Source: an uncultured Holophagales bacterium
GTDB taxonomy: Bacteria > Acidobacteriota > Thermoanaerobaculia > Multivoradales > UBA5704
Reading direction: 5' to 3'
NCBI GenBank assembly: GCA_963741305.1
Contig: CAVUHL010000003.1
Location: 1,434,260-1,498,259 of the forward strand
Length of the DNA: 64,000 nt
The notes under the pieces are model-generated. The model did no database searches. It was not told where the DNA came from and saw only the letters and a program-made list of their open reading frames with translations. The position numbers and the translations under genes are program-made. This document shows, one piece after another, positions 9,624 through 22,446 of the stretch (the stretch's first letter is position 1; every line of letters begins with the position of its first letter).

Positions 9624-12600
9624 ATGACCCGATTTGTGTTGGTTCGTTGGCAGGCTGCGAAGCCGGGCTGGCTGGGGGCTCTTCTGCTCCTCTGCCCGAT
9701 CCTCGCGGCGGCGCTCAATCCGTCGCTCGCGGTCACCCAATACCGCCACGACCACTGGACCCGCCGTGAAGGTCTGCCGCAGATGAGCGTGAACGCCGTG
9801 CTGCAGGACCGCGCCGGCTTCCTCTGGCTCGGCACCCAGGAGGGGCTCGCCCGCTTCGACGGCGTCTCGTTCCGTGCGTTCAAGTTCGAAGACACTCCGG
9901 CGCTCGGCAACAGCTTCGTCGGGGCTCTCTTCGAGGACCGCCGCGGCCGGCTCTGGATCGGCGCGGGCGCGGGAAACATCTCCTGGTTCGACGGGGAGAC
10001 CATCGTCGGGCTCCCGCGCGGCGGCACGCTGCGCGGGGTCGCCTTCGGCTTTGCAGAGGGGTCAGAGGGCGAGCTGTTCGTGGTATTCCGCGGCGCCGGG
10101 CTCCACCGCATCGTGGGAGACCGGCTCGAAGCGGTCGTGGACCGCGACGGACGTCCGCTCGGCCAGATCGGCTCTCTCCTGCAGGGCCGGAACGGCGAGG
10201 TCTGGGCGGGCGGGGAAGGCAGGCTGTTCCGCTATCACCAGGGAGGTTGGACCCGCTACGACTTTCCGGGGTTGCCGGAGAGGCGTGTGACCGCCCTCGC
10301 CGTCCACCCGGATGGCGAGGTCCTGTTCAGCGAGGAGACCCAGACCGTGCGCCGGATGCGTGTGAAGGGCCGCTCCCTCGAGGACTCACTGGAGGAGATA
10401 CAGCCGGGCTGGCAGCTTCCCGCCGCCGTGCGCACGCTCTTCGTCGACCGCGACCGGACGGTCTGGATCGGCACCGAGAGCGGCGTGGCGCGCCGGCGCG
10501 CCGATCCTAAAGGCAGTATGGAGCTCTGGCCCCAAGGGCCGAGATCGACGGCCAACACCTTTTTCGAAGACCGGGAGGGAGGGCTCTGGGTCGGCACGAA
10601 CCTGGAGGGCCTCCAACGGTTGCGGGCGGACGAGGTCGTCCCCCTCGGCGCCAAGGAGGGCCTTCCGGACGACAAGGCCTGGAACGTCATGGCGGCTTCC
10701 GACGGCGCGCTCTGGGTGACCACCGACGGCGGTCTGGCACGGATCGTCGACGGCCGCATCGAGCGCGTCTCGGTGCCGGGGCTGCCGGGTGGGGACGGGG
10801 TCGCCCTGGGCGAGCGGCGCGACGGCTCGGTCTGGGTCGGAACCTACCGCTATGGGTTGTTCCGGCTGCCCCGTGACGATCGCGACGATGAGCCGCTCCT
10901 CCGGTTCACGGCTGATGAAGGGGTGCCGCCCGGGCCGGTCACCGTGGTCTTCGAGGATTCGCGGGGCAGGCTCTGGGTCGGCAGCCGCGAGGGCCTGGCG
11001 GTCGAGACAGGCAGACGATTCCAGGCGGTGCCTCTGGTCAAAGGCGGTACCCAGCCGTACATCTCGGCGATGGTCGAGGATCGGAAAGGGACGCTCTGGA
11101 TCGCCACCAACGTCGGCCTGTTCGCACAAAGTCCCGCGGGCGGGATCCGGCGCTACGGCCACGTCGATGGTTTGGCGAGCACGGCGATCTACGCGTTACT
11201 GCTCGACCGCGACGGCCGGCTCTGGATCGCGACCGGCGGCCAGGGGGTCCAGATCCTCGACGCCGGCCGGTTCCTGACGGTCGACCGCCGCCACGGCCTG
11301 CCCACCGGCTCGGTGACCTGGATGGTGGAGGACGACCGCGGCGGGCTCTGGTTCTCCTCGAACTTGGGCCTTTTCAGTGCCGGCCGGCAGGCTCTGCTGC
11401 GGACCGCGAGGGGGGAGACGAAGAGTGTCGAGTTCCGGCGCTTCGGCCTTGGCGATGGCATGCTCGAGGAGGAGTGCGCCGGCACCGGTCAGCCAGCCGG
11501 AGCGCGGACCCGCGACGGCCGCGTCTGGTTCCCGACCGCGGCCGGGTTGGTCTCCGTCGATCCCTCGCGGCTCACGCAGCCCGTCCCGCCCCCGGCCGTC
11601 TTCAAGGCCCTCGTCGTGGATGGCCGCTCGGCGCCGCTTCACCGGGGCCTGGGGGAGATACCGATCGAGCTCGCGCCTGGCCGCGGCGACATCGAGGTCC
11701 GCTTCACCGCGCTCGGCCTCGACGAGGCCCAGGGTACGCGGTTCCGCTACCGGCTGGACGGCTACGACGACACCTGGATCGAGGCCGGCCAGCGCCGGTC
11801 GGCGTTCTACACCCGCCTCGCCCCCGGCTCTTACGGTTTCGAGGTCCAGGCGCTCCACGACGACGGCGGCGCCTGGAGCGCTCCGGCATTGCTCGCGTTC
11901 CGGTTGCGCCCTCATTTTTTTGAGACGGCCTGGTTCCGCTCGCTCCTCGCGGCCGCCGCCGTTCTGGTGCTGTACGGCGGCATGCGCTGGCGGAGCCGGC
12001 GCCTTGAACGGCGGGCGGACGAGCTGTCGCTGGCCAACCGGAGCCTCGCGGAGGCGGCCGAGCGGCAGACGGCGCTGAGGCAGGAGGCCGAGGGCGCGCG
12101 GCGGCGGGCCGAGCAGGCGCAGCTCGAGGCCGAGCATCACGCGCGCGAGGCGCGCCGCGCCGAGGAGGCAAAGGGCGCGTTCCTGGCCACGATGAGCCAC
12201 GAGCTGCGGACGCCGCTCAACGGCGTTCTGGGCTTCTCCAGCCTGTTGCTCGATTCGACGCTCGATCCGCGCCAGCGCGAGTTCATCGAGATCATCCGGA
12301 CCAGCGGCCAGACCCTGCTGTCGCTCGTCAACCAGGTCCTCGACCTCTCGCAGAGCGACCGGGGCAAGCTCACGCTCGCGGCCGAGCCGTTCTGGGTGCC
12401 CGACTGTTTCGAGGAAGCCGTGGAGCTGGTGGCGCCCGCCGCCGCCGAAAGGGGGCTCGACCTCGCGCTCGCGATCGATACGGACGCCTGCCGCTTCGCG
12501 GTCGGCGACCGGACCCGCGTGCGCGAGATCGCCACCAACCTGCTCGCCAATGCGGTCAAGTTCACCGAGTCGGGCGGGGTCCTGGCCAAGGTCTCCGCGC

Positions 12601-13568
12601 GCATCGAGGAGAGCCGTCTCGCCGTCATCCTGGAGGTCTCCGATACCGGCATCGGCATCGCTGCCGAGAACCTCTCGCGGATCTTCCAGCCGTTCGAGCA
12701 GGTGGATGCGAGGCTCGCGCGGCGTTACGGCGGCGCCGGGCTCGGCCTGGCGATCGCCAGCCGGCTCTGCTCGTGGATGCAGGGGACGCTGACCGTGGAC
12801 AGCGAGCCGGGCAAGGGCTCGACCTTCACGGCCACGGTCCGGCTCGACCTCGACTCTGCGGCCGACGCACCTGTGGGCATCCGTCTGGACGGCCGGGCCG
12901 TCCTGCTCGCCGGCCTTTCCTGCCAGACCCTGGAGGCGCTCGAGCGGCAGCTCCGATCCTGGGGCGCCGTGGTTTCGCCGTCCTCTGGGGAAGCGGACTT
13001 TGGCATCACTGCCGCGGAGCATGGGAATGAGATCCCCTGGATACGGCTGGTGCCGCAGGACGCGCCGCCCGTCTCCTCGGAAACCGTCCTGCGCCGCCCC
13101 CTCCGGCCGAGCCGCCTCGCGGCCGCGGTCCTTGACGTTCTCGCACCGGCCCCGGAGGCCGTGCCTGCCGGCTCGCCCGCGATGTCTACCTCCATCCTTC
13201 CCTCCATCCTGATCGTGGAGGACGATCCGGTGAGCCGGCAGTTGGTGCATGCATGCCTCGTCGGCCTCGGCTGCATCCCCGACGCCGTCGAAAGCGGCGA
13301 GGCTGCGCTGGAGGCCCTCGAAACCAAGCGGTACGACCTCCTCCTGCTCGACATCCAGATGCCGGGAATGGACGGCTACGAGGTGGCGCGCCGGGTGCGG
13401 GCCCGGTTCGGGAGCCATCCCTGGATGGTCGCCCTCACCGCGGCGACCAGGGAAGGGGACCGCGAGCGCTGCCTCGCGGCGGGGATGGACGACTACCTGA
13501 GCAAACCCATGCGCTTCGAAGAGCTCGCCGCGGTGGTGGCGGAGCGCAGCGAGTGGGCAGCGCATTGA
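9624..13568 (+). CDS. hybrid sensor histidine kinase/response regulator with periplasmic two-component-regulator-propeller (Reg_prop) and Y_Y_Y domains
   Basis: Signal/TM N-terminus; repeated W..G..GL..FDG motifs; TM helix about aa 770; coiled coil; HisKA ([15 protein letters not shown]), HATPase_c, C-terminal REC ([13 protein letters not shown]...[14 protein letters not shown]). Confidence 0.85.
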   Translation: MTRFVLVRWQAAKPGWLGALLLLCPILAAALNPSLAVTQYRHDHWTRREGLPQMSVNAVLQDRAGFLWLGTQEGLARFDGVSFRAFKFEDTPALGNSFVGALFEDRRGRLWIGAGAGNISWFDGETIVGLPRGGTLRGVAFGFAEGSEGELFVVFRGAGLHRIVGDRLEAVVDRDGRPLGQIGSLLQGRNGEVWAGGEGRLFRYHQGGWTRYDFPGLPERRVTALAVHPDGEVLFSEETQTVRRMRVKGRSLEDSLEEIQPGWQLPAAVRTLFVDRDRTVWIGTESGVARRRADPKGSMELWPQGPRSTANTFFEDREGGLWVGTNLEGLQRLRADEVVPLGAKEGLPDDKAWNVMAASDGALWVTTDGGLARIVDGRIERVSVPGLPGGDGVALGERRDGSVWVGTYRYGLFRLPRDDRDDEPLLRFTADEGVPPGPVTVVFEDSRGRLWVGSREGLAVETGRRFQAVPLVKGGTQPYISAMVEDRKGTLWIATNVGLFAQSPAGGIRRYGHVDGLASTAIYALLLDRDGRLWIATGGQGVQILDAGRFLTVDRRHGLPTGSVTWMVEDDRGGLWFSSNLGLFSAGRQALLRTARGETKSVEFRRFGLGDGMLEEECAGTGQPAGARTRDGRVWFPTAAGLVSVDPSRLTQPVPPPAVFKALVVDGRSAPLHRGLGEIPIELAPGRGDIEVRFTALGLDEAQGTRFRYRLDGYDDTWIEAGQRRSAFYTRLAPGSYGFEVQALHDDGGAWSAPALLAFRLRPHFFETAWFRSLLAAAAVLVLYGGMRWRSRRLERRADELSLANRSLAEAAERQTALRQEAEGARRRAEQAQLEAEHHAREARRAEEAKGAFLATMSHELRTPLNGVLGFSSLLLDSTLDPRQREFIEIIRTSGQTLLSLVNQVLDLSQSDRGKLTLAAEPFWVPDCFEEAVELVAPAAAERGLDLALAIDTDACRFAVGDRTRVREIATNLLANAVKFTESGGVLAKVSARIEESRLAVILEVSDTGIGIAAENLSRIFQPFEQVDARLARRYGGAGLGLAIASRLCSWMQGTLTVDSEPGKGSTFTATVRLDLDSAADAPVGIRLDGRAVLLAGLSCQTLEALERQLRSWGAVVSPSSGEADFGITAAEHGNEIPWIRLVPQDAPPVSSETVLRRPLRPSRLAAAVLDVLAPAPEAVPAGSPAMSTSILPSILIVEDDPVSRQLVHACLVGLGCIPDAVESGEAALEALETKRYDLLLLDIQMPGMDGYEVARRVRARFGSHPWMVALTAATREGDRERCLAAGMDDYLSKPMRFEELAAVVAERSEWAAH

Positions 13569-16500
13569 AGTTTATCAAGCCAGGCTGGCTGTGGATTCTT
13601 CTGCTCCTCTGCCCGGTCCTGGCGGCGGCGCTCGATCCGTCGCGCGCGATCACCCAGTACCGCGCCGACCGGTGGACCCGCCGCGAAGGCCTGCCCCAGA
13701 TGAGCGTGCTCTGTGGGCTGCAGGACCGCGCCGGCTATCTCTGGCTCGGCCTGCAGGAAGGCCTCGCCCGTTTCGACGGCATCTCGTTCCGCACGTTCAA
13801 GGTCGAGGACACTCCGGCGCTCGCCAGCAATTATGTCTCGGCGCTGTTCGAGGACCGCCGCGGCCGGATCTGGGTCGGCAGCGACACGGGAGACCTCTCT
13901 TACTTCGATGGCGAGGCGCTCGTCGCACTGCCGCGCAGCAAAGTGCTGCGCGGGCTCGTCGTCGGTTTCGCGGAGAGCCCCGGCGGCGACCTCTTCGTCG
14001 CATTTCGCGGCGCCGGGCTCCAGCGCCTCGCAGGAGACCGGCTCGAACCGGTTGCGGACCGCGGCGGAGGCCAGATCGACAACCTCAGCTCTCTGGCGCA
14101 GGGCCGGGACGGCGAGGTCTGGGCCGGTGGGGAAGGCGAGCTCTTCCGTTTTCTCCGCGGCGGTTGGACCCGATTCGACCTGCCCGGGACGTCGGGACGG
14201 CCGGTGACGGCCCTCGCCGTCCATCCGGACGGCGAGCTCCTGTTCAGCGAGGACGGCCAGACGGTGCGCCGTGTACGCCTGAAGGGCCTCTCCCTGGAGC
14301 CGGTGCAGCCGGACTGGCAGTTGCCCGCTCGCGTGCTCGCACTCTTCCTCGACCGCGAACGGACGCTCTGGATCGGCACCGGGAGCGGCGTGGCGCGCCT
14401 GCGCGCAGAGGCAGGCATCGCCGGCATCGAGCCCTGGAGCGCCGGACCGCGCTCGGCGGTCGCCGGCTTTTTCCAGGACCGCGAGGGCGGGCTCTGGATC
14501 GGCACGAACCTGGAAGGGCTCCTGCGGCTGCGGGCGGACGAGGTCGTCCCCTTCGGGACCGCGGAAGGCCTGCCGGACGACAAGACCTGGAATGTCATGG
14601 CGGCCTCCGGCGGCGGGCTCTGGGTGACGACCGAGAGCGGCCTCGCGCGGATCGCCGGCGGCCGCGTCGAGCGCATCTCGGTGCCGGGGCTGCCGGGCGG
14701 GGACGGGGTCGCCCTGGGCGAGCGGCGGGACGGCTCTATCTGGGTCGGGACCTACAGTTACGGGCTGTTCCGCCTGCCCCGCCACGATCGCGACGATGAG
14801 CCGCTCCGCCGGTTTACGGCCGCCGAAGGGCTGGCGGCCGGGCCGATCGCCGTGGTGTTCGAGGATTCACGGGGCAGGCTCTGGGTCGGCAGCCGCGACG
14901 GCCTGGCCCGCGAAAGTGAAACGCATTTCCAGGGTGTCCCCCTGGTCGAAGGAGACGTTCAGCCGTACATCGGGTCGATCATCGAAGACCGGGAGGGGAC
15001 GGTCTGGATTGCCACCAGCGCCGGCCTGTTCGCGCAGGGCTCAAGAGGTAAATGGCGCCGCTACGGCGACAGCGACGGCCTGGCGAGCGCGTCGCTCAAC
15101 GCTCTCCTGCTCGACCGGGATGGACGGCTCTGGATCGCCACCAACGGCCAGGGGCTCCAGGTGCTCGACGGCGGCCGCTTCCTCACGGTTGACCGCCGCC
15201 ATGGACTGCCGACGGGCACGCTGTCCTGGATCGTGGAGGACGACCGCGGCGGGCTCTGGATCTCCTCGAACCTGGGCCTTTTCCGTGCAGACCGGAGGGC
15301 GTTGCTGCGGGCCGCGAAGGGCGTCGCGCAGCGCGTCGAGCTGCGGCGCTTCGGCATCGGAGACGGCATGGGCGAGGGGGAGGCTGCCGGCACCGGGCAG
15401 CCTTCCGGAACGCGGACCCGCGACGGGCGCGTCTGGTTCGCGACCGGCTCCGGCCTGGTCTCGGTCGATCCCGCACGGCTCGTGCGGCCCATCCCGCCCA
15501 AATCCGCCCTCGAGACGGTCGTCGTGGACGGCCGCTCCTCGCCGCTCACCCGGAAGACGCCGCTCGTTTTCGCGCCCGGCCGCGGCAACGTCGAGATCCG
15601 GTTCACCGCGCTCGGCCTCGACGAAGCCGCGGGCACGCGCTTCCGCTATCGGCTGGACGGTTACGACAAGGCCTGGATCGAGGCCGGCCAACGCCGGTCG
15701 GCCTTCTACACCCGTCTCGCCCCTGGCTCATACCGTTTCGAGGTCCAGGCCCTCCACGACGACGGCGGGGCCTGGAGCTCGCCGGCAACGGCCGTGTTCC
15801 GGCTGCGCGCCGATTTCTACGAGACGGCCTGGTTCCGCTCGCTCCTCGCGGCCGCCGCCCTTCTGGCGCTGTACGCTGGCGTCCGCAGGCGGAGCCGGAG
15901 CCTCGAACGGCGGGCGGCCGAGCTGTCGCTGGCCAACCGGAGCCTCGCAGAGGCAGCGCAACGGCAGGCGTCCCTTCGGGAAGAGGCCGAGGGCGCGCGC
16001 CGGCGGGCGGAGCAGGCGCAGCTCCAGGCCGAGCAGGCGCAGATCCAGGCGGAGCAGGCGCAGCTCCAGGCCGAGCACCACGCTCGCGAGGCGCGCCGCG
16101 CCGCGGAGGCCAAGGGAGCGTTCCTGGCCACCATGAGCCACGAGCTGCGTACGCCGCTCAACGGCGTTCTGGGCTTCTCCAGCCTCCTGCTCGATTCATC
16201 GCTCGATCCGCGCCAGCGCGAGTTCATCGGAATCATCCGGAGCAGCGGCGAGACCCTGCTGTCGCTCGTCAACCAGGTCCTCGACCTCTCGCAGAGCGAC
16301 CGGGGCAAGCTCACGCTCGCGGCCGAGCCGTTCTGGGTGCCCGACTGTTTCGAGGAAGCCGTCGAGCTGGTGGCTCCCGTGGCCGCCGAAAAGGGCCTCG
16401 ACCTCGCGCTCGCGATCGACACCGAGGCCTGCCGCCTCGCGGTCGGAGACCGGACCCGAATGCGCGAGATCGCCACCAACCTGCTCGCCAACGCCGTCAA

Positions 16501-17521
16501 GTTCACCGAGTCGGGGGGCGTCCTCGCCAAGGTTGGCGCACGCATCGAGGAGAGCCGCCTCACCGTCGTCCTTGAGGTCTGCGACACCGGCATCGGCATT
16601 GCTGCCGAGAACCTCTCACGGATCTTCCAGCCGTTCGAGCAGGTGGACGCGAGGCTTGCGAGGCGTTACGGCGGCGCCGGGCTCGGTCTGGCGATCGCCA
16701 GCCGGCTCTGCTCGTGGATGCAGGGGACGCTGAGCGTGGAGAGCGAGCCGGGAAAGGGCTCGACCTTCACGGCCACGGTCCGGCTCGACCTCGACTCTGA
16801 GGGCGACGCACCCACGGGCATCCGTCTGGACGGCCGGCTCGTCCTGCTCGCCGGCCTTTCCGGCCAGACCCTGGAGGCGGTCGAGCAGCAGCTTCGATCG
16901 TGGGGAGCCGTGGTTTCGTCGTCCTCCGGGCCTTCAGGGGAGGCCGACCAGGACTTCACGTTCGGAATCGTTGCGGATGCCGTGGAGCACGGAGGCGCGA
17001 TCCCGTGGATACGGCTCGTATCCCAGGACGCGACCCCTGCCTCAGCGGAGCCCGTCCTGCTCCGTCCGGTCCGGCCGAGCCGGCTTGCGGCCGCGGTCCT
17101 GCGCGTACTCGCGCCCGTCACCGAGGCCGCCGGCTCGCCCGCGGGATCCACCTCCATCCTTCCCTCCATCCTGATCGTGGAGGACGACCCGGTGAGCCGT
17201 CAGCTGCTGCGCGCATGCCTGGTCGGCCTCGGCTACACCCCCGATACCGCCGAAAGCGGCGAGGCGGCGCTCGAGGCCCTCGAAGCCCGGCGCTACGACC
17301 TCCTCCTGCTCGACATCCAGATGCCGGGAATGGACGGCTACGAGCTGGCGCGCCGGGTGCGGGCCCGGTTCGGGAGCCGTCCCCGGATGGTCGCCCTCAC
17401 CGCGGCGACCATGGAAGGGGACCGCGAACGCTGTCTCGCGGCGGGGATGGATGCCTACCTGAGCAAGCCCATGCGCTTCGAAGAGCTCGCCGCGGTGGTG
17501 GCGGAGCGCACTCTCCGATGA
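13565..17521 (+). CDS. hybrid sensor histidine kinase/response regulator, tandem paralogue of preceding gene
   Basis: Same architecture, about 75-80% identical protein; probable TTG start at 13565 overlapping stop of upstream gene (ATTGA); contains expanded QAEQAQ coiled-coil repeat. Confidence 0.85.
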   Translation: MKFIKPGWLWILLLLCPVLAAALDPSRAITQYRADRWTRREGLPQMSVLCGLQDRAGYLWLGLQEGLARFDGISFRTFKVEDTPALASNYVSALFEDRRGRIWVGSDTGDLSYFDGEALVALPRSKVLRGLVVGFAESPGGDLFVAFRGAGLQRLAGDRLEPVADRGGGQIDNLSSLAQGRDGEVWAGGEGELFRFLRGGWTRFDLPGTSGRPVTALAVHPDGELLFSEDGQTVRRVRLKGLSLEPVQPDWQLPARVLALFLDRERTLWIGTGSGVARLRAEAGIAGIEPWSAGPRSAVAGFFQDREGGLWIGTNLEGLLRLRADEVVPFGTAEGLPDDKTWNVMAASGGGLWVTTESGLARIAGGRVERISVPGLPGGDGVALGERRDGSIWVGTYSYGLFRLPRHDRDDEPLRRFTAAEGLAAGPIAVVFEDSRGRLWVGSRDGLARESETHFQGVPLVEGDVQPYIGSIIEDREGTVWIATSAGLFAQGSRGKWRRYGDSDGLASASLNALLLDRDGRLWIATNGQGLQVLDGGRFLTVDRRHGLPTGTLSWIVEDDRGGLWISSNLGLFRADRRALLRAAKGVAQRVELRRFGIGDGMGEGEAAGTGQPSGTRTRDGRVWFATGSGLVSVDPARLVRPIPPKSALETVVVDGRSSPLTRKTPLVFAPGRGNVEIRFTALGLDEAAGTRFRYRLDGYDKAWIEAGQRRSAFYTRLAPGSYRFEVQALHDDGGAWSSPATAVFRLRADFYETAWFRSLLAAAALLALYAGVRRRSRSLERRAAELSLANRSLAEAAQRQASLREEAEGARRRAEQAQLQAEQAQIQAEQAQLQAEHHAREARRAAEAKGAFLATMSHELRTPLNGVLGFSSLLLDSSLDPRQREFIGIIRSSGETLLSLVNQVLDLSQSDRGKLTLAAEPFWVPDCFEEAVELVAPVAAEKGLDLALAIDTEACRLAVGDRTRMREIATNLLANAVKFTESGGVLAKVGARIEESRLTVVLEVCDTGIGIAAENLSRIFQPFEQVDARLARRYGGAGLGLAIASRLCSWMQGTLSVESEPGKGSTFTATVRLDLDSEGDAPTGIRLDGRLVLLAGLSGQTLEAVEQQLRSWGAVVSSSSGPSGEADQDFTFGIVADAVEHGGAIPWIRLVSQDATPASAEPVLLRPVRPSRLAAAVLRVLAPVTEAAGSPAGSTSILPSILIVEDDPVSRQLLRACLVGLGYTPDTAESGEAALEALEARRYDLLLLDIQMPGMDGYELARRVRARFGSRPRMVALTAATMEGDRERCLAAGMDAYLSKPMRFEELAAVVAERTLR

Positions 17522-17566
17522 GAGCCGATGCTTGTGGTATGTTCCCGCGCCGGGATCATCTCTCTT

Positions 17567-18277
17567 ATGTCTCCGAAAACTCAGGGCTTGGCTGTAGTTA
17601 GCGGCGGCGGGACCGGCATTGGCCGCGAGATCGCGCTGGAGCTTGGACGCCGCGGGTTTGACCTCGCTCTGCTCGGCCGGCGCGAGGAGCCGCTCCGCCA
17701 GACCCTGGAGGAGTCCGGAGCCGATGGCCTCGCCCTGGTCTGCGACGTGCGCGACGCTTCCCGGCTCCACCAGGCCGCGGATCAAATCCACTCCCGCTGG
17801 GCGGCAGCCGAGGTGATCGTCCCGGCCGCCGGGGTCGCTCACATCTCCCCTTTGACGGATCTGACGGCAGAGGCTTTCGCGGAGACCGTGGACGTGAACC
17901 TCACCGGCACGGCGCTCCTGGTCCGCGCCTTCCTGCCCGGCATGAAGGGGAGGGGACGGGGATGGATCTTCCCTCTCCTCTCCGTGGCGGCCCGCCGGGG
18001 CTTTCCAGGGTGGTCTGCATATTGCGCCAGCAAGTGGGGACTGGCTGGGCTCGTGGCCGCCCTGCGGGAAGAGCTGGCCGGGACGGGCATCCGCATCACC
18101 GCGCTCTACCCGGGGGCCACCGACACTCCCATCTGGGACACGGCTCCGGGCAAGTGGGACCGCTCCAGGATGGTGCCGCCGCACGAGGTCGCCCGCGCCG
18201 TGGGCTTCGCCCTCGACGCCGATCCTTCCACCTTGGTGGAGGAGATCCACCTCGGCCCCGCGGGAGGCGCGCTGTGA
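17567..18277 (+). CDS. SDR-family short-chain dehydrogenase/reductase
   Basis: TGxxxGIG Rossmann motif (VVSGGGTGIGREIA), YxxxK catalytic motif (YCASK); alternative start 17528. Confidence 0.75.
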   Translation: MSPKTQGLAVVSGGGTGIGREIALELGRRGFDLALLGRREEPLRQTLEESGADGLALVCDVRDASRLHQAADQIHSRWAAAEVIVPAAGVAHISPLTDLTAEAFAETVDVNLTGTALLVRAFLPGMKGRGRGWIFPLLSVAARRGFPGWSAYCASKWGLAGLVAALREELAGTGIRITALYPGATDTPIWDTAPGKWDRSRMVPPHEVARAVGFALDADPSTLVEEIHLGPAGGAL

Positions 18278-18987
18278 AGAAGACCTGGCTCCTGCTCCTG
18301 ACTCCCTTCCTGCCGCTCCTGGTGCTGCTGCCGGGCGGCGGCTGGCTGCTGGGCCTGCTCTCGCCGCTGACGGTCTATCCCGGGTTCGCAGCCCGGGTGC
18401 GGGAGCGCGACTACTGGGGCGCCTGGCGGCTCGGCATCTTCTGGGCGCTGCTCCTGAGCATGGGGGTGATCCTCCTGGTCTTCCTGATGCCGGAGGCGGC
18501 GCGCGACGGGATCGTCGCGGGCGAGCGCTACCGCCAGGAGATGTTCGGCTGGATCGCGACCGGCGAGGGCAAGGAGAACGAGTGGCGCCAGTTCCTCCCC
18601 GAGCACCTGCTTCATCTGGCGGTCTTCCTGCTCCTCACCTGGGCGAGCGGCGGCTACCTCGGGCTGGTCCTGGGCGCGGTCCTCACCGCCTACATGAGCT
18701 ACTTCGTCGGGAGCTACGCCGCGGCGAGCGGGCATCCGCTGCTGGGGTCCTTTGCCGCCTGGGTCCCGTGGTCCGTGATCCGGGTGTGCGCGTTCGTCCT
18801 GTTCGGCGCGGTGTTCGCCCGGCCGCTCCTGGTCCGCAAGGCGTGGCCGTTCGATAGGTTAGAGTACCGGCTGATGGCTGTGGCCGCGTCCGGCATTGCG
18901 GCGGATATCCTGATCAAAATCATCGTCGCCCGTCCCTACGGGCTCTTCCTGCGGCAGATGGCCCGGAGCATGATGGCCCTGCTTTAG
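18274..18987 (+). CDS. hypothetical integral membrane protein
   Basis: GTG start overlapping SDR stop (GTGA); about 6 predicted TM helices; no recognised family. Confidence 0.45.
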   Translation: MKKTWLLLLTPFLPLLVLLPGGGWLLGLLSPLTVYPGFAARVRERDYWGAWRLGIFWALLLSMGVILLVFLMPEAARDGIVAGERYRQEMFGWIATGEGKENEWRQFLPEHLLHLAVFLLLTWASGGYLGLVLGAVLTAYMSYFVGSYAAASGHPLLGSFAAWVPWSVIRVCAFVLFGAVFARPLLVRKAWPFDRLEYRLMAVAASGIAADILIKIIVARPYGLFLRQMARSMMALL

Positions 18988-18999
18988 AGGACCCATCCC

Positions 19000-19476
19000 A
19001 TGAGCGAGATTCGAGAGATCCAGGGATCGTTGAGCGCGGCCGGCCGCCGGTTCGCGGTCGTGGCGTCGCGCTTCAACTCCCGCGTCGTCGAGCTGCTGGT
19101 CTCCGGCGCGGTCGACTGCCTGCGCCGGCACGGGGCCGACGACATCACCATCGTCCGGGTGCCCGGCGCGTGGGAAATCCCGCAGGCGGCCGAGGAGCTG
19201 GCTGCCGGCGAGCCGAGGTACGACGCCATCGTCGCCCTCGGGGTGGTGATCCGCGGCGAGACCCCGCACTTCGACTACATCTGCTCCTCGTGCAGCCGCG
19301 GCCTCGCGTCGCTCTCCAAGCGCCACCGCATCCCGGTCGGCTTCGGCGTCCTCACCTGCGACACCTCCCAGCAAGCGGAGGAGCGGGCCGGCGGCAAGGC
19401 CGGGAACAAGGGGTGGGAAGCGGCCCTCGCGGCCCTGGAGATGGCCGATCTTTTCGCCCAGCTGCATTCCTCCTAG
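19000..19476 (+). CDS. ribH: 6,7-dimethyl-8-ribityllumazine synthase
   Basis: 158 aa; conserved lumazine synthase sequence ([10 protein letters not shown]..., [21 protein letters not shown]); followed by nusB as in canonical ribH-nusB pair. Confidence 0.9.
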   Translation: MSEIREIQGSLSAAGRRFAVVASRFNSRVVELLVSGAVDCLRRHGADDITIVRVPGAWEIPQAAEELAAGEPRYDAIVALGVVIRGETPHFDYICSSCSRGLASLSKRHRIPVGFGVLTCDTSQQAEERAGGKAGNKGWEAALAALEMADLFAQLHSS

Positions 19477-19552
19477 CGGAGCGGTCCCGGGCCGGCTATG
19501 ATTGCCGGCTCTTGAGACCCCCATCCCCCCGGGGTCCTTTTGAGGCGAGGCA

Positions 19553-20062
19553 ATGAATCCGGCACGACGTCGTATATCCCGCGAGATGGCGGTCCAGATG
19601 CTCTATCAGAGCGATCTGGGCGGCAGTACGCTTCCCCAGATCTTCCATAACTTCGACCTGGCCGAGTACCTGGCGCGGGAAGAGCTGGGCAGCGAGCAAA
19701 GGGTTTTGACCCGCGAGGAGGAGCGCGCCGAGCACCAGCGCCGCAAGCGCCAGGCCGAGGAGGCGTTCGCCTTCGCCCAGGGGCTGGTGACGGGCACCAT
19801 CGACCACCGCGAGCAGGTCGATGCCCTCATCCGCGAGCAGGCCGACAACTGGCGCCTGGAGCGCATGCCGCCGGTGGACCGCAACGTCCTGCGCCTGGCT
19901 GTCTTCGAGATGCTTTACGAGACCGACACGCCCAAGCTCGTGATCGTGGACGAGGCCATCGAGCTGGCCAAGAAGTTCGGCTCCGAGCAGTCCGGGCGGT
20001 TCGTCAACGGCCTCCTCGACGGGCTCCTCAAGCAGCACACCTTCCCCGGCAGCCTCACATGA
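19553..20062 (+). CDS. nusB: transcription antitermination factor NusB
   Basis: 169 aa; NusB family sequence and position after ribH. Confidence 0.85.
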   Translation: MNPARRRISREMAVQMLYQSDLGGSTLPQIFHNFDLAEYLAREELGSEQRVLTREEERAEHQRRKRQAEEAFAFAQGLVTGTIDHREQVDALIREQADNWRLERMPPVDRNVLRLAVFEMLYETDTPKLVIVDEAIELAKKFGSEQSGRFVNGLLDGLLKQHTFPGSLT

Positions 20063-22446
20063 CCCACTATGACCATAAGGCCGTCGAGGCCAAATGGCAG
20101 GACCGGTGGGAGAAGCAGCGGACCGCCGAGGTAGACCTCCGCCAGGCGCGGCAGAAGTACTACATGCTCATGATGTTCCCCTACCCCTCGGGGGACCGCC
20201 TCCACGTCGGGCACGGGCGCAACTACATCCTCGGCGACGCCCTTTACCGCTACCTGCGCATGAACGGCAAGCGGGCCTTCAACCCGATGGGCTGGGACGC
20301 CTTTGGCCTGCCCGCCGAGAACGCCGCCATCCAGCGCGGAGTCCATCCCAAGGACTGGACCTTCGGCAACATCAAGGTCATGAAGGAGCAGTTCAAGCGC
20401 TGGGGGATCCTCTTCGACTGGAGCAAGGAGCTCGCCTCCTGCACCCCCGAGTACTACCGCTGGAACCAGTGGCTCTTCCTGCGCATGCTGGAGAAGGGGC
20501 TGGCCTACAAGAAGAAGGCCCCGGTCAACTGGTGCCCGAGCTGCCAGACCGTGCTCGCCAACGAGCAGGTGGTCGAGGGCGCCTGCGAGCGCTGCGGCAC
20601 CCCGGTCGTCCAGCGCGACCTGGAGCAGTGGTTCTTCCGCATCACCGGGCACGCCGACCGCCTGATCGCCGGGCTCGACGGCCTCGAGGGCTGGCCCGAG
20701 AAGGTCAAGGTGATGCAGCGCAACTGGATCGGCCGCTCCGAGGGCGCCGAGATCGACTTTGCCGTCCAAGGCCTCAAGAAGAAGATCACCGTCTTCACCA
20801 CCCGGCCGGACACGCTCCACGGCGCCACCTTCCTGGTCCTCGCACCCGAGCACCCGCTGGTCCCGAAGCTGATCGAGAAGCACCCCGGCCTGCCGGAGCT
20901 GGAGGAGTGGATCGAGATGACCCGCAATACCCCCCGCATTCAGCGGGAAGGGGAGGGGACTCCGAAGGAGGGCAGGGACACCGGGCGCAAGGCGATCAAC
21001 CCCGCGACCGGCGAGCCGATCCCGATCTGGATCGCCAACTACGTCCTGCCCGACTACGGGACCGGCGCGGTCATGGGCGTGCCTGCCCACGACGACCGGG
21101 ACCTGGCCTTCGCCCAGCAGGAGGGGCTCGCCATCCGCCAACTCGACGAGCTGGAGTCCTCGCCCGAGGCGGTGGGGAAGTTCATCCAGTGGATCGAGGA
21201 GAAGGGCTTCGGCCGGGCCAAGGTGACCTACCGGCTGCGCGACTGGCTGATCTCCCGCCAGCGCTACTGGGGGACGCCGATCCCGGTGGTCTACTGCGAG
21301 AAGTGCGGCGTGGTGCCGGTTCCCGACGACCAGCTTCCGGTCGAGCTGCCCTATGACGTGGAGCTGACCGGCCGCGAGGGCAACCCGCTCGCCCGCCACA
21401 AGGGATTCGTCGAGACCGCCTGCCCGAAGTGCAAGAAGCCGGCGCGGCGGGAGACGGACACGATGGACACCTTCGTGGACAGCTCCTGGTACTACCTGCG
21501 CTTCCTCTCGGCCAAGGACCCCAACCGCATCTTCGATCCCGAGCTGGCGGAGAAGTGGGCGCCGGTGGACCAGTACATCGGCGGCATCGAGCACGCCATC
21601 CTCCACCTGCTTTACGCCCGCTTCATCTGCCGGGTGCTCCACGACATGGGTTTGGTCGGCTTCGAGGAGCCGTTCAAGAACCTCTTCAACCAGGGGATGA
21701 TCACCCGCCTCTCGGAGAAGTCCGGGCGGATCGAGAAGATGTCCAAGTCGCGGGGGAACACGGTCTCGCCGGACGAGCTGATCGAGGAGATGGGCGCGGA
21801 CACGGAGCGCGTCTATACCCTGTTCCTCGGCCCGCCGGAAAAGGAAGCCGAGTGGAGCGACGACGCGGTCGCGGGTGCCTGGCGCTTCCTCCTGCGTGTC
21901 TGGCGGATCGCGGAGAAGATCCCCGGCGCGCCGCCGATCGGGCCCTCCGACGCCGAGCTGGAGCGCGAGCGCCACGCCACGATCCAGCGGGTGACGCACA
22001 GCTTCGAGCGCTTCTCGTTCAACACCGCGGTGGCGGCGCTGATGGAGCTGTCCAACTCCCTGGCCCGGGCGCTGGACGACCTGACCGCGACGCGCCTGCA
22101 GTGCGAGAGGACCTATGAGACCCTGCTCCAGCTCCTGCACCCCATGGCTCCGCACATGACCGAGGAGCTCTGGGAGCGGATGAATCACGTCGAGGGGCTC
22201 CTCGATACGTCCTGGCCGGAGTACGATGAAGCGAAGCTCCGCCGCGCGCGCATCGAGCTCGTGGTGCAGGTGGACGGCAAGCTCCGCGACCGGGTCGAAG
22301 TCGATGCCGGCGCGGGGGACCGCGAGGTGAGGGAGGCCGCCCTGGCGAGCGCCAAGGTGCGGGAGCATCTGGCCGGCCGCGAGCTGGCCAAGGCCGTGGT
22401 GGTCCCCGGCCGGTTGATCAACCTGGTGACCCGGAGGTCCGCATGA
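20059..22446 (+). CDS. leuS: leucine--tRNA ligase
   Basis: 795 aa; HIGH motif ([16 protein letters not shown]), KMSKS (KMSKSRGN), CP1 editing domain; ATGA overlap with nusB. Confidence 0.95.
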   Translation: MTHYDHKAVEAKWQDRWEKQRTAEVDLRQARQKYYMLMMFPYPSGDRLHVGHGRNYILGDALYRYLRMNGKRAFNPMGWDAFGLPAENAAIQRGVHPKDWTFGNIKVMKEQFKRWGILFDWSKELASCTPEYYRWNQWLFLRMLEKGLAYKKKAPVNWCPSCQTVLANEQVVEGACERCGTPVVQRDLEQWFFRITGHADRLIAGLDGLEGWPEKVKVMQRNWIGRSEGAEIDFAVQGLKKKITVFTTRPDTLHGATFLVLAPEHPLVPKLIEKHPGLPELEEWIEMTRNTPRIQREGEGTPKEGRDTGRKAINPATGEPIPIWIANYVLPDYGTGAVMGVPAHDDRDLAFAQQEGLAIRQLDELESSPEAVGKFIQWIEEKGFGRAKVTYRLRDWLISRQRYWGTPIPVVYCEKCGVVPVPDDQLPVELPYDVELTGREGNPLARHKGFVETACPKCKKPARRETDTMDTFVDSSWYYLRFLSAKDPNRIFDPELAEKWAPVDQYIGGIEHAILHLLYARFICRVLHDMGLVGFEEPFKNLFNQGMITRLSEKSGRIEKMSKSRGNTVSPDELIEEMGADTERVYTLFLGPPEKEAEWSDDAVAGAWRFLLRVWRIAEKIPGAPPIGPSDAELERERHATIQRVTHSFERFSFNTAVAALMELSNSLARALDDLTATRLQCERTYETLLQLLHPMAPHMTEELWERMNHVEGLLDTSWPEYDEAKLRRARIELVVQVDGKLRDRVEVDAGAGDREVREAALASAKVREHLAGRELAKAVVVPGRLINLVTRRSA

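Noticed and set aside
10386-17250. Numerous long alternative-frame ORFs across the two histidine-kinase genes (for example 11196-13565 minus 789 aa, 13493-14785 minus, 13591-14799 plus, 14796-16136 plus, 17042-18250 minus)
   Set aside because: All lie inside or antisense to the kinase ORFs whose domain architecture is unambiguous; their amino-acid composition is Arg/Ala/Pro/Gly-rich low complexity.
19915-22368. 817-aa minus-strand ORF and 420-aa plus-strand alternate-frame ORF over leuS
   Set aside because: leuS identity is unequivocal (HIGH/KMSKS); overlapping frames are GC artefacts.
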